From NCBI GenBank assembly GCA_963752595.1, contig CAVVYZ010000005.1:224001-288000 (forward strand): a stretch of 64,000 nucleotides of DNA, in the 5' to 3' direction. Of the stretch, positions 1 to 10,270 are shown one piece after another. The DNA comes from an uncultured delta proteobacterium (lineage in GTDB: Bacteria; Desulfobacterota; Desulfomonilia; UBA1062). The notes beneath the pieces are model-generated. The model was not told the DNA's origin. It did no database searches and saw only the letters and a list, made by a program, of their open reading frames with translations. The translations under genes and the position numbers were made by a program. Every line of letters begins with the position of its first letter. The first letter of the stretch is position 1.

Positions 1-1284
1 GACCTGGTCACGGCAGACGGGATGCCGATCGTATGGACGAGCAAGTTACTCGGCCCGGCAATACCGCACCGGGTCACCGGCTCCGACCTCGTACCCAAGC
101 TTGCCGAACAAGCTGCCCTGCGAAAAAAATCCATTTACTTCCTGGGGGGATACTCCGGCTCTGCAAAGAATGCATCAGTTATACTCAAAGACCGTTACCA
201 GGGTCTTGTCATTGCAGGATGGGATTCCCCCTTTGTTCACATCCACGGCAAAGAACTCGCCAATGCATATGAGAACGATGAAGACATTGTAGCCCGGATC
301 AATGCATCCAAGGCAGACATCCTCTTTATCGCCTTCGGGAATCCCAAGCAGGAAATCTGGTTTGAACGGAACCGGCACAGACTGCAGGTACCGGTATCCA
401 TCGGCATCGGAGGCACATTCGACTTCATTACCGGAGAGATAGCCCGCGCCCCGGTATGGATGCGCGATGCAGGCCTGGAGTGGCTGTTTCGGTTCATCCA
501 GGACCCAAGACGCCTGTGGAAACGCTATCTTGTGGATTTTCTCAAGTTCGGCTTCCTCCTCTGGCCGTCAATCATTTCCTACCGGTATGCAAAGGCAGTC
601 GCACCCCATGATTACCTGAAAAGATGCAAGGGCAAGGTATCGTATAAATACATGACAAGAGGGAGCGAAGAGGTTTTCTCCGTGACGCTGCCGGGAGCCG
701 TTGACAGAGAAACGGCTTCCCGCGTGGAAAGTATCATTCCCAAACGTCCCATGGCGCATCTGATTATAGATTTTACCGATACGGCGTTCATCGATTCTGC
801 GGGCTTGGGCTTTCTCATGAAGCTCATGCTCGATTGGAGTGCCGGAGGTTATGATAGTTCTCTTGTAGGTCTCAATCCTTCAATGAAAAAGTGTTTAGCC
901 TATAATCGTCTCCACGATCTCTGCTCATCCAGACAATTTACTGCCATTGAAGACGTCCTTGAGCATCTTGACACCAAGGGTGCGGAGCACGGGCATCAGA
1001 CATATCTCGAGGAAGAAGAAGGGGTAAGCACGATCAAGATTTCGGGGGACTTAAGACCTGCAGGTATCCCATTGAATGAGATTAAGACTCTGGCTTCTTT
1101 GGTGAGAACGAAGACGTGTACGATCGATCTCTCCAAGGTAATTTCAGTAAACAGCTCGGGTGTAATTTTCCTTCTCAAACTGAAATCTTCGCTTAAAGAA
1201 CTCAGTAAGTCCTGCACTGTAACCGGCGCAACAGGCAGTGTGGAGCAGATGCTTAAAAAAACGAAGACCTGGAGACTCCTTTAA
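1..1284 (+). CDS. WecB/TagA/CpsF (WecG-like) glycosyltransferase fused to two STAS (anti-sigma antagonist) domains; 5'-partial
   Basis: Frame is open from base 1 (DLVTADGMP, a typical WecG motif). Also RVTGSDL, FGNPKQEIW, GIGGTFDF and RAPVWMRDAGLEWLFR. C-terminal STAS motifs FIDSAGLGFL and SVNSSGVIFL. Confidence 0.9.
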   Translation, partial: DLVTADGMPIVWTSKLLGPAIPHRVTGSDLVPKLAEQAALRKKSIYFLGGYSGSAKNASVILKDRYQGLVIAGWDSPFVHIHGKELANAYENDEDIVARINASKADILFIAFGNPKQEIWFERNRHRLQVPVSIGIGGTFDFITGEIARAPVWMRDAGLEWLFRFIQDPRRLWKRYLVDFLKFGFLLWPSIISYRYAKAVAPHDYLKRCKGKVSYKYMTRGSEEVFSVTLPGAVDRETASRVESIIPKRPMAHLIIDFTDTAFIDSAGLGFLMKLMLDWSAGGYDSSLVGLNPSMKKCLAYNRLHDLCSSRQFTAIEDVLEHLDTKGAEHGHQTYLEEEEGVSTIKISGDLRPAGIPLNEIKTLASLVRTKTCTIDLSKVISVNSSGVIFLLKLKSSLKELSKSCTVTGATGSVEQMLKKTKTWRLL

Positions 1285-1402
1285 TACGGTTACCCTTTAG
1301 GATGGCATCATCGAAACAAGACCAAGAGAGGTATCCAAGAAGGAGCCCCCCGGCATAACCGTAAAAGCTCACCATCCTTAAAGAGCGCAAATGAACTATT
1401 CT

Positions 1403-1429
1403 AACCCGGCCGTGGGGCCGGGTTTTTTT
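1403..1429 (+). terminator. Intrinsic terminator hairpin between the convergent WecG-STAS and rodA genes
   Basis: aacccggcc-gtgg-ggccgggtt followed by a T run. Confidence 0.75.
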
Positions 1430-1455
1430 ATTCTCGTGGGGACACTTCCCCTGTA

Positions 1456-2547
1456 TCAGAAGATGAATCTCCTCCATGATACGTTGAGCACGAGCCCTAT
1501 ACATATCAGGTTAATAAACATGAAGGAACCGCCGTAGCTGACAAAAGGCAACGGTACGCCCACGACCGGGAATATTCCTACCGCCATAGATATATTGATG
1601 AAAATGTGCAAGGTGAAATATCCGGCGATGCCGAAGCACAGCATTGCCCCGAACCGGTCTTTTGCCTTGTAGCCTATCTGGATGATTTTCGTGACGAGGA
1701 CGATATAGAGGAAGATGAGCAGGGCTGAGCCTGCAAAGCCCCATTCCTCTGCTACGACCGAAAAGATGAAATCCGTATGATGCTCGGGCAGGAAACTCAG
1801 CTGCGTCTGTGTGCCTTCCAGGAAGCCCTTTCCCCAGAGGCCGCCCGAGCCGACCGCTATTTTGGATTGTGTCGCGTGATACCCGCTGCCGAGAGGGTCC
1901 CTGCTGGGATCGAGGAAGGTGAATATCCTGTTTCGCTGATAATCCCTCAAGGCAAGCCAGCCGAAAGGAAGGATCGAAATGAACAGGACGCTCAAGGTAA
2001 TAAAGGTGGACCGTTTTATTCCCAGGAGCAGCAGCATGATCAGCGCGATCAGCCCCACAATCCCTGATGTGCCGAGATCCGGCTCGGCAAGGATGAGCCC
2101 TACCGGGACAAAGATAAAGAAGGCAGGCAATAAGAGCTCCTTCATGCCATACCCCTCAAAGTAGTTTTTCTTTTCTCCCCAATATGCCATCCAGATTATG
2201 ATAATAATCTTTGCCAGCTCGGAAGGCTGAAGTCCCAAGGGTCCGATGGAAATCCATCTCCTTGCACCGCCTATCTCCCTGCCGATGACCAGGACAAGGA
2301 GAAGGCCCAGGACCATCATGCTGTACAGTGGCCAGGCAAGCCTCATGTGCACCCGGTAATCAACGGCAAAGGCGATTATCATTATAACTGTGCCCGCACA
2401 GATCCACATGAGCTGCTTGAAGAAGATAGAGATCTGCGAAACCCTGACCGCACTGTATACGCAGAGCAGTCCGATAGCCATAATGGCGAGGGTGGTCGTG
2501 AGAAGCCCCCAGTCGATGTTATTGGTTATCTTGTCGTACCTGCTCAT
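1456..2547 (-). CDS. rodA: Rod shape-determining protein RodA (SEDS glycosyltransferase)
   Basis: GARRWI, LQPSELAK, EPDLGT, DPLGSGYH, LPEHHTDFIFS and PLPFVSYGGS motifs; follows mrdA. Confidence 0.96.
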   Translation of the reverse strand: MSRYDKITNNIDWGLLTTTLAIMAIGLLCVYSAVRVSQISIFFKQLMWICAGTVIMIIAFAVDYRVHMRLAWPLYSMMVLGLLLVLVIGREIGGARRWISIGPLGLQPSELAKIIIIIWMAYWGEKKNYFEGYGMKELLLPAFFIFVPVGLILAEPDLGTSGIVGLIALIMLLLLGIKRSTFITLSVLFISILPFGWLALRDYQRNRIFTFLDPSRDPLGSGYHATQSKIAVGSGGLWGKGFLEGTQTQLSFLPEHHTDFIFSVVAEEWGFAGSALLIFLYIVLVTKIIQIGYKAKDRFGAMLCFGIAGYFTLHIFINISMAVGIFPVVGVPLPFVSYGGSFMFINLICIGLVLNVSWRRFIF

Positions 2548-4345
2548 CGGAAAGCCCCTTTGAGTAATAGTATCCCTTTATTACGTCCCTGACGATCGGT
2601 GCCGCAATGGACGCCCCATGCCCCCCGTGTTCCACGATTGCAACCACAAGAATCTCCGGGTTCTCCACAGGTGAAAATCCGAAAAACCATGCATGATCCC
2701 TCCACTTATACGGGATATCGGCCTCATCAGGCAGCTTGGAGACCATACCTTTTATCACCTGTACTGTGCCGGTTTTCCCGCCGATGGAGAACATCGGGTC
2801 CTTGATTGCCCGTGCGGTTCCCCTTTCGTTATCCACCACAGACAGGAGGCCTCTTTTGATGACATTGAGCTCTTCGCTGCCGATATTGAAATTCGTCTCC
2901 TGCTTTTGAGGAGTTGATGCCAGGATCCTCGGTGTCAGGACCTTTCCGCCGTTCACTATGCCGCTCATGACCTTTGCCACCTGCAGCGGAGTCACCAATG
3001 TGAATCCCTGCCCGATTGCCGTGATGACGCTTTCACCCCTCTGCCAGGGCTGGCCGAAACGCTTTCGTTTCCATTCGTCGGAGGGAACGAGGCCTGTTGC
3101 TTCGTCTTTGAACTCGATTCCTGTAGGCCTGCCGAGACCGAGTTCTGAACAGAATGCCGACATCCGGTTGATGCCGAGCCTTTCTCCCAAATTATAAAAG
3201 TACACGTCGCATGAGATGGTGAGGGCTTCCACGAGACCGATGCTCCCATGGCCTTCTTTGCGCCAGCACTTAAACACGGTATTACCAAGGGTAAATTTCC
3301 CGGGACAGTAATACTTGTCCGTGGGCGTAATGAATTTGTTTGTCAGGGCCAGGGCCGATACAAGCACCTTGAACATGGACCCGGGGGAGTACTGACCGCG
3401 GATTGCCCTGTTCTCAAGGGGATGCATCGGATCGCTGATGATTCCATTCCAGACCTCCGGGGGCATGGGAGTCAGAAAAATCGTCGGATCATAAGAAGGC
3501 GAAGAGACCATGGCGAGGATCTCACCGGTAAACGGGTTGATTGCCACTACCGCACCTGCCCTTTCCCCCAGAGACTGTTTGGCGATGAGCTGAAGCCTTT
3601 TATCGATGGTGAGGACGACATCTTCACCCGATATGGGGGACTGTTCGTCTATTACCCTCATCTTCCTGCCCAAGGCGTCCACCTCGAAGGCCCTTGTCCC
3701 CTTAACCCCCCGCAATTTCTTCTCGCAGAGGTATTCCACACCGGACTTCCCGATGAGATCACCGGGAGAATAGCCGTCTTCAGGACTTAATTTCATGAGC
3801 TGCTTGCGGGAGATCTCGCCCAGGAATCCCAGCACATGCGGAGAGACCTCTTTGGAGAGGTAATCCCTCTCATTCGCGGTATCGATCGATATCCCCGGCA
3901 GGGTAAAGAGCTGGCTCTCAATGCTGGCCATCTGGGAAAAACTGATGTCTCTGGCAATATAGACAGGACTGAAAGGCTTCCTTTTGGCTTCCTTAATCTT
4001 ATCGGAGATCTCCTTCTGGTCGCGATCAAGAAGGTCGGAGAGTCTCTTTGAAACATCGGAAATTTTAACGATGTCCTCGGGTATTACCATGACATTATAC
4101 GCAGGCCTGCTGTCTGCAAGGACTTCATGATTCCTGTCGAAGATCTTGCCCCTCTGGGCAGGAATGCTTACGACCCGCATCCGGTTATTGCGGGCAAGCC
4201 CCTCGTAGAAGGAGGATCTTAATATCTGCATGTTCGTCAGCCGGAGCAGAAGGATGGTGAAGAGAAGGATGACAAAGGCCGTCAGGTACTTCCCCCGGCT
4301 TTTAAGTTCCTCTTCGAGAATCTGTCCGGGAATATTATGATCCAT
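2519..4345 (-). CDS. mrdA: Penicillin-binding protein 2
   Basis: N-terminal TM, RGKIFDRN, SxxK (PGSMFK), SCD and KTG motifs; mre operon context. Confidence 0.95.
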   Translation of the reverse strand: MDHNIPGQILEEELKSRGKYLTAFVILLFTILLLRLTNMQILRSSFYEGLARNNRMRVVSIPAQRGKIFDRNHEVLADSRPAYNVMVIPEDIVKISDVSKRLSDLLDRDQKEISDKIKEAKRKPFSPVYIARDISFSQMASIESQLFTLPGISIDTANERDYLSKEVSPHVLGFLGEISRKQLMKLSPEDGYSPGDLIGKSGVEYLCEKKLRGVKGTRAFEVDALGRKMRVIDEQSPISGEDVVLTIDKRLQLIAKQSLGERAGAVVAINPFTGEILAMVSSPSYDPTIFLTPMPPEVWNGIISDPMHPLENRAIRGQYSPGSMFKVLVSALALTNKFITPTDKYYCPGKFTLGNTVFKCWRKEGHGSIGLVEALTISCDVYFYNLGERLGINRMSAFCSELGLGRPTGIEFKDEATGLVPSDEWKRKRFGQPWQRGESVITAIGQGFTLVTPLQVAKVMSGIVNGGKVLTPRILASTPQKQETNFNIGSEELNVIKRGLLSVVDNERGTARAIKDPMFSIGGKTGTVQVIKGMVSKLPDEADIPYKWRDHAWFFGFSPVENPEILVVAIVEHGGHGASIAAPIVRDVIKGYYYSKGLSDEQVRQDNQ

Positions 4346-4826
4346 ACACGTCATATGCCGACTGCAAGCGGCCCACGATCGATCTCATGACCGGGGTGAC
4401 AAACCCGGTGATTCCCATACCCGCAATCAGGGGAACAGTTGCATCTTCCAGGAAATGGGAGCCGACAATCACTGCTGTGGCAGAGGCCATGAGAGAATAA
4501 AAAAAGATACCCAGGAGCGCCTGGGTAAAAACATTTTCAAGATAGATCACATTCTTGAGTATGTCGATGATAATGAAAACGGCAATATAAATAAGCGGTA
4601 TGAACCCGATCCTAGCTCCGGAGAACGCCTGGAGTATGAGGGATGCGAGGATGATGAATGGGAACCCCTGGGAAAAGGGAACAAAGATGATCTGGCCGAT
4701 AATCATGCCGATGAGAAAATCGACCCGTAAGGGGGCCCAAATTAAAGGGATGATTCCGACCTCGAGCAGGATGGCCGCAAATAGTATCCCGAAAAGGCTA
4801 ATCTGAAACTTCCATATTTTGAGCAA
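4335..4826 (-). CDS. mreD: Rod shape-determining membrane protein MreD (divergent)
   Basis: 163-aa hydrophobic protein between mreC and mrdA. Confidence 0.75.
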   Translation of the reverse strand: MLKIWKFQISLFGILFAAILLEVGIIPLIWAPLRVDFLIGMIIGQIIFVPFSQGFPFIILASLILQAFSGARIGFIPLIYIAVFIIIDILKNVIYLENVFTQALLGIFFYSLMASATAVIVGSHFLEDATVPLIAGMGITGFVTPVMRSIVGRLQSAYDVYGS

Positions 4827-5615
4827 TGCCGAATATCCCCTCGATCTTATTCATCTCCACGCACGGCCTCACCACGATATCCGCGAAGATCTTGTTCACA
4901 TCCCTCTTTACTTCCTGTACATATCCTATCTTAAGCCCCTTGGGAAACGTGCCGAGCAATCCGGAGGTAACCACGCACTCCCCGACCTTTACGTCCTCGG
5001 TCCTGCGAACGTACTCAAGACTCAGGAGGTTTCCGCCTCTTCCCTTGATAATTCCTTTTACCCGCGAAGATTCGATCACGGAAGGGATGGCGCTGTTCGG
5101 GTCCGTGATCAGGAGAATCTGGGCGGTATGGGGCGCGACGGCAACGACCTTGCCCACAACGCCCTCAGGACTCAAAACCGCCATGTCCAGACGGAAGCCG
5201 TTGTTTAATCCCTTGTCAATCACAGCGGTCTTGAAGATAAGGGTGATATCGTGGGAAAGGAGGCTTGCCGGGATCAGGGAGAGGTCCTGCCGTTCATTTT
5301 TAAACTCGAGCATTGCCTTGTATCGCCTGTTCTCTGATTTGAGCTCTTCCATAGTCATGCACTGGACCCGGAGAACATCGACCTGTTTTTTGAGCTCCTT
5401 GTTTTCCCTGCTCGTGTTCACCAGGCCGATATAGCTATCCCAGATGTCGGCCACGAAGGAAAACGGAGAGGTAATGACCTTATCGAAAATGTAATACCCT
5501 TCCCGGACATAGTTTATGCCTAGAGCAGATGGGCTGTACTGTCCGGTAGAGAGCAAAACAAGGATAAGGGCTGCTGCGCATGTGAGCAAAAATATCCTTG
5601 TATTACTTCTTACCA

Positions 5616-5616
<1 letters not shown>
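4798..5616 (-). CDS. mreC: Rod shape-determining protein MreC
   Basis: TM, coiled coil (ENKELK), IDKG, GVVGKV, LLITDPNS and VVTSGLLGTFPKG. Confidence 0.93.
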
Positions 5617-6659
<1,043 letters not shown>

Positions 6660-6789
6660 CTACTCCTTTCCTTCACTCGGCTCTATATTTGTTAAGCCGT
6701 CTTAACAAATACCCACCCCTTTGACAAGAGAAATGGAGGCTATCATCTCTTGCTTTACTGTTCCTGGTTATGATAGCAATGCATCCACG

Positions 6790-7806
6790 ATGTATCCAAC
6801 TTGTACCATAATACTTGCCGCAGGAAAAGGAACTAGATTAAAATCTGCAAAACCAAAGGTTATGCATGAGATCCTCGGCTGTCCGCTGATTTTTTACCCG
6901 ATCAACCTCGCGCAGAAGATCGGCTCGAGCATTATCGGCGTCATCGGCCACGGAAGGGAGATCGTGGGCCCTTATCTGGATCGGTACTCCGTAACCAAGG
7001 TGGTACAGGATCCTCCTCTGGGCACAGGCCACGCAATCCTGATGACACGCGATGCTCTGAAAGAGACGCCTGCCAAAGATGTGATCATCATCCCCGGCGA
7101 CATGCCCCTGATAGAATACTCGTCGATAGCTTCACTCATCGAGATTTATCGGAAATCGGGCACACCCATCGGTGTGCTCACGGCCTGCCTGCCCGATCCC
7201 TTCGGTTACGGAAGGATCATCCGCGACGAGAAGAATAATGTACGGGCCATCGTCGAACATAACGATGCCACAGACGAACAGAGAAAGATAAACGAGATCA
7301 ATACCGGTGTGTATATCATCGACAAGGCATTCCTTCTGGACGCGGTGAGCCGTCTTTCTCCGGACAATGCAAAACAGGAGCTCTACCTCACTGATATCGT
7401 TCAGATGGCGGACTTCGCCTCATCTTTTATCACCCCGGACTTTAATGAAGCCCACGGCATAAACTCGAGAATGCAGCTCAGCCAGGCTGCGGCAATCATG
7501 CAGCAGCGCATCAACAGATCCTTCATGGACGAAGGAGTGACGCTCATCGATCCGGGCAGCGTATGGATCAGCCCTCTCGCCACTATCGGAACCGATGTCG
7601 AGATATGGCCCCATACCCATATTATGGGCCGCAGCACCGTTGATTCTCAGGTGAGGATCATGCCCAATACCTGGATCAGCAACTCGCATATCGGCACCAG
7701 GAGTTTTATCGGGCATTATAACCTGATAGAAGATGCAAAGATCACCCCTGATACCACCTTACCTCCTTACTCCCGTATTCAGGGGTCAAGACCTGAGGCT
7801 GATTGA
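6790..7806 (+). CDS. glmU: GlmU-like sugar-1-phosphate uridylyltransferase with only a partial left-handed beta-helix (acetyltransferase part missing)
   Basis: ILAAGKGTRLKS, PKV, LGTGHA, GYGRI, EINTG, ELYLTD and GINSR motifs; the protein ends at about 338 aa. Confidence 0.85.
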   Translation: MYPTCTIILAAGKGTRLKSAKPKVMHEILGCPLIFYPINLAQKIGSSIIGVIGHGREIVGPYLDRYSVTKVVQDPPLGTGHAILMTRDALKETPAKDVIIIPGDMPLIEYSSIASLIEIYRKSGTPIGVLTACLPDPFGYGRIIRDEKNNVRAIVEHNDATDEQRKINEINTGVYIIDKAFLLDAVSRLSPDNAKQELYLTDIVQMADFASSFITPDFNEAHGINSRMQLSQAAAIMQQRINRSFMDEGVTLIDPGSVWISPLATIGTDVEIWPHTHIMGRSTVDSQVRIMPNTWISNSHIGTRSFIGHYNLIEDAKITPDTTLPPYSRIQGSRPEAD

Positions 7807-7831
7807 CTTTTTCAGCCTTGAAACCTAAATA
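7803..7831 (+). promoter_or_regulatory. Putative sigma70 promoter for lon
   Basis: TTGACT-17 nt-TAAATA, ending 6 nt before the lon ATG. Confidence 0.4.
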
Positions 7832-7837
7832 AACGCT

Positions 7838-10270
7838 ATGGATTGGATTAAAAATATCTTCAGCCGCACCACGGAAAACAAACCGATTTTAGAAGAAGAG
7901 CATCCGGGGATTCTCCCCGTTCTCCCGCTCAAGGATGCAGTGCTGATTCCCGCTGGACTGCTTCCGCTGATCGTGTCGAACCCGGCATCCATCTCGCTGG
8001 TCAAGGATCTCTATGCGAGCAGCTCACCCGTTGTGGCAGTAGGCATGAGGGAATCAGGGGATTCGGAGCCTGCAACCTGGGACAACCTGTATCACATCGG
8101 ATGCTTGGCAAAAATCACCAAGATCAGCCAGGCAAAGAACGGTGAGCTGTCCATCATGATCAGGGGGATAACGAAAGCATCTCTTGACGAGAGGCAATCG
8201 ACCGAGCCCTACCTGCGGGCAAAGGTAACATACCTTCCCGAGTACTTTGAGCCCGATAGACAGATAAAAGCCATGGCTCACTCTACACGGGAGATCCTGG
8301 GTCAGCTTGCACGGCTTTCGTACCATAATCTCGAATCAGTGCTCGTAAATCTTTCCAAGCTCAAGGACCCGGTCATCCTCCTAAGCACTGCCACGACCAA
8401 TCTTCCCATCCCGGTGGACAAAAAGCAGCAGATATTAGAGGAAAACGATTTCTATGAAAAGTACACAGTCCTCTATGAAAGCTTAAGGGAAGAGCTGGAC
8501 ATTCTGGAGCTCTCTTCAAAGATATCTGAGAGGGCAAAAGGTGAGATCAACAATGCCCAGCGGGAGTACTACCTCAGGCAGCAGCTCAAGGCCATCAAGA
8601 AAGAGCTGGGAGATTCACAGGGAGACACCGAGGATGAGATGGAGGTTCTGAAAAAGGAAATCGAAGCGAAGAATCTTCCCGATGAGGTAAAACGGGAAGT
8701 GGACAAGGACATGAAACGTATTGCTCGAATGCAGCCCGGCTCTTCGGAATATGTCACCATTCGCACCTACCTCGACTGGATCACCGACCTCCCCTGGCAG
8801 GAGAAAACCGACGACAACCTGGACATCCAGAACGCGGCATCCATCCTCAACGAGGATCACTTCAATCTGAAGAAGCCGAAGAAGAGAATCCTCGAATACC
8901 TCTCGGTCAAAAAGCTGAAAAATGACCTCAAAGGACCGATCCTGTGCTTCGTAGGCCCTCCGGGAGTCGGCAAGACATCTTTAGGGAAGTCCATTGCCAG
9001 GGCAATGGGCAGAAAATTCGTACGGATCTCCCTGGGAGGCGTGCGGGATGAGGCCGAGATCAGGGGTCACAGAAGGACCTATATCGGAGCCATGCCCGGC
9101 AGGATCATCAACGGGATCAAAATCGCCCAGAGCCTGAACCCGGTGTTCATGCTCGACGAGATCGACAAACTCGCCCACGACATCCATGGCGACCCGTCCT
9201 CCGCATTGCTCGAAGCGCTGGATCCCGAGCAGAATACCCATTTTGTGGACCACTATCTCAACGTGCCCTTTGATTTGTCGCAGGTGTTCTTCATTACCAC
9301 GGCAAACGTAACGGACACTATTCCCTCTGCGCTGCGCGACCGCATGGAGATCGTGCATATCGAAGGATATACCCATGAAGACAAAGTTCAGATCGCCTGC
9401 CATTTCCTGATACCCCAGGAGATCGAGGCCAACGGGCTCTCGCTTTGCAAGGTCGATTTCAGAGATGATGGCATCGACCACATCATCCGGTCCTACACGA
9501 GGGAATCCGGTGTACGGAGCCTCAAGCGCGAGATCGCTTCCTGCCTGAGAGTGATCGCCTCGGAAGTGGCAAAAAACGGCGGGGAGAGCTTCGTTATCGA
9601 CCGCTCCTTCGTCGAAGAGGCCCTCGGCCCTGTGCGTTTCATACCCGAGGCAAAACAGCGGGGCAGGATACCAGGGATCGCAACCGGACTTGCGTGGACC
9701 CCGTTCGGAGGCGAGATCCTTTTCGTGGAGTCGGCGCTTGTGGAAGGCAAGGATGAAATGATCCTTACCGGCCAGATGGGCGATGTCATGAAGGAATCCG
9801 CCAGGATCGCACTGAGCATCGTAAAGGGAGCGTCCTACACCATCGAACAGGGCAAGGGCATCCATATCCATGTCCCTGCAGGCGCCATCCCCAAGGACGG
9901 GCCCTCTGCAGGGGTTACGATCGTGTCATCCCTTCTTTCCCTCATTACCGGCAAGGCGGTCCGCGAAGACCTGGCCATGACGGGCGAGATTACCTTGCGC
10001 GGCGTGGTGCTGCCGGTCGGCGGGATAAAGGAGAAGGTGCTGGCCGCACGGCGTGCCGGCATTACCGAGATCATCATGCCCAAGATGAACGAGAAAGACC
10101 TGCGGGATATTGAGCCCCATATCCTGAAAGATATCGCCATCCATTACGTGGAGAATATCGGCGAGGTGATCAAGCTGGCCTTCCCCGAGGCAAAAGAAGA
10201 GGTGACGCCCTTTGTCGACCACTTCGAGTTCTGGGACAACCCTCCGGTCAAGCCGTCTTTGAGAGCGTAG
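7838..10270 (+). CDS. lon: ATP-dependent Lon protease
   Basis: LON N-domain, GPPGVGKTS Walker A, LDEIDK, PKDGPSAG (catalytic Ser) and GGIKEK. Confidence 0.97.
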   Translation: MDWIKNIFSRTTENKPILEEEHPGILPVLPLKDAVLIPAGLLPLIVSNPASISLVKDLYASSSPVVAVGMRESGDSEPATWDNLYHIGCLAKITKISQAKNGELSIMIRGITKASLDERQSTEPYLRAKVTYLPEYFEPDRQIKAMAHSTREILGQLARLSYHNLESVLVNLSKLKDPVILLSTATTNLPIPVDKKQQILEENDFYEKYTVLYESLREELDILELSSKISERAKGEINNAQREYYLRQQLKAIKKELGDSQGDTEDEMEVLKKEIEAKNLPDEVKREVDKDMKRIARMQPGSSEYVTIRTYLDWITDLPWQEKTDDNLDIQNAASILNEDHFNLKKPKKRILEYLSVKKLKNDLKGPILCFVGPPGVGKTSLGKSIARAMGRKFVRISLGGVRDEAEIRGHRRTYIGAMPGRIINGIKIAQSLNPVFMLDEIDKLAHDIHGDPSSALLEALDPEQNTHFVDHYLNVPFDLSQVFFITTANVTDTIPSALRDRMEIVHIEGYTHEDKVQIACHFLIPQEIEANGLSLCKVDFRDDGIDHIIRSYTRESGVRSLKREIASCLRVIASEVAKNGGESFVIDRSFVEEALGPVRFIPEAKQRGRIPGIATGLAWTPFGGEILFVESALVEGKDEMILTGQMGDVMKESARIALSIVKGASYTIEQGKGIHIHVPAGAIPKDGPSAGVTIVSSLLSLITGKAVREDLAMTGEITLRGVVLPVGGIKEKVLAARRAGITEIIMPKMNEKDLRDIEPHILKDIAIHYVENIGEVIKLAFPEAKEEVTPFVDHFEFWDNPPVKPSLRA

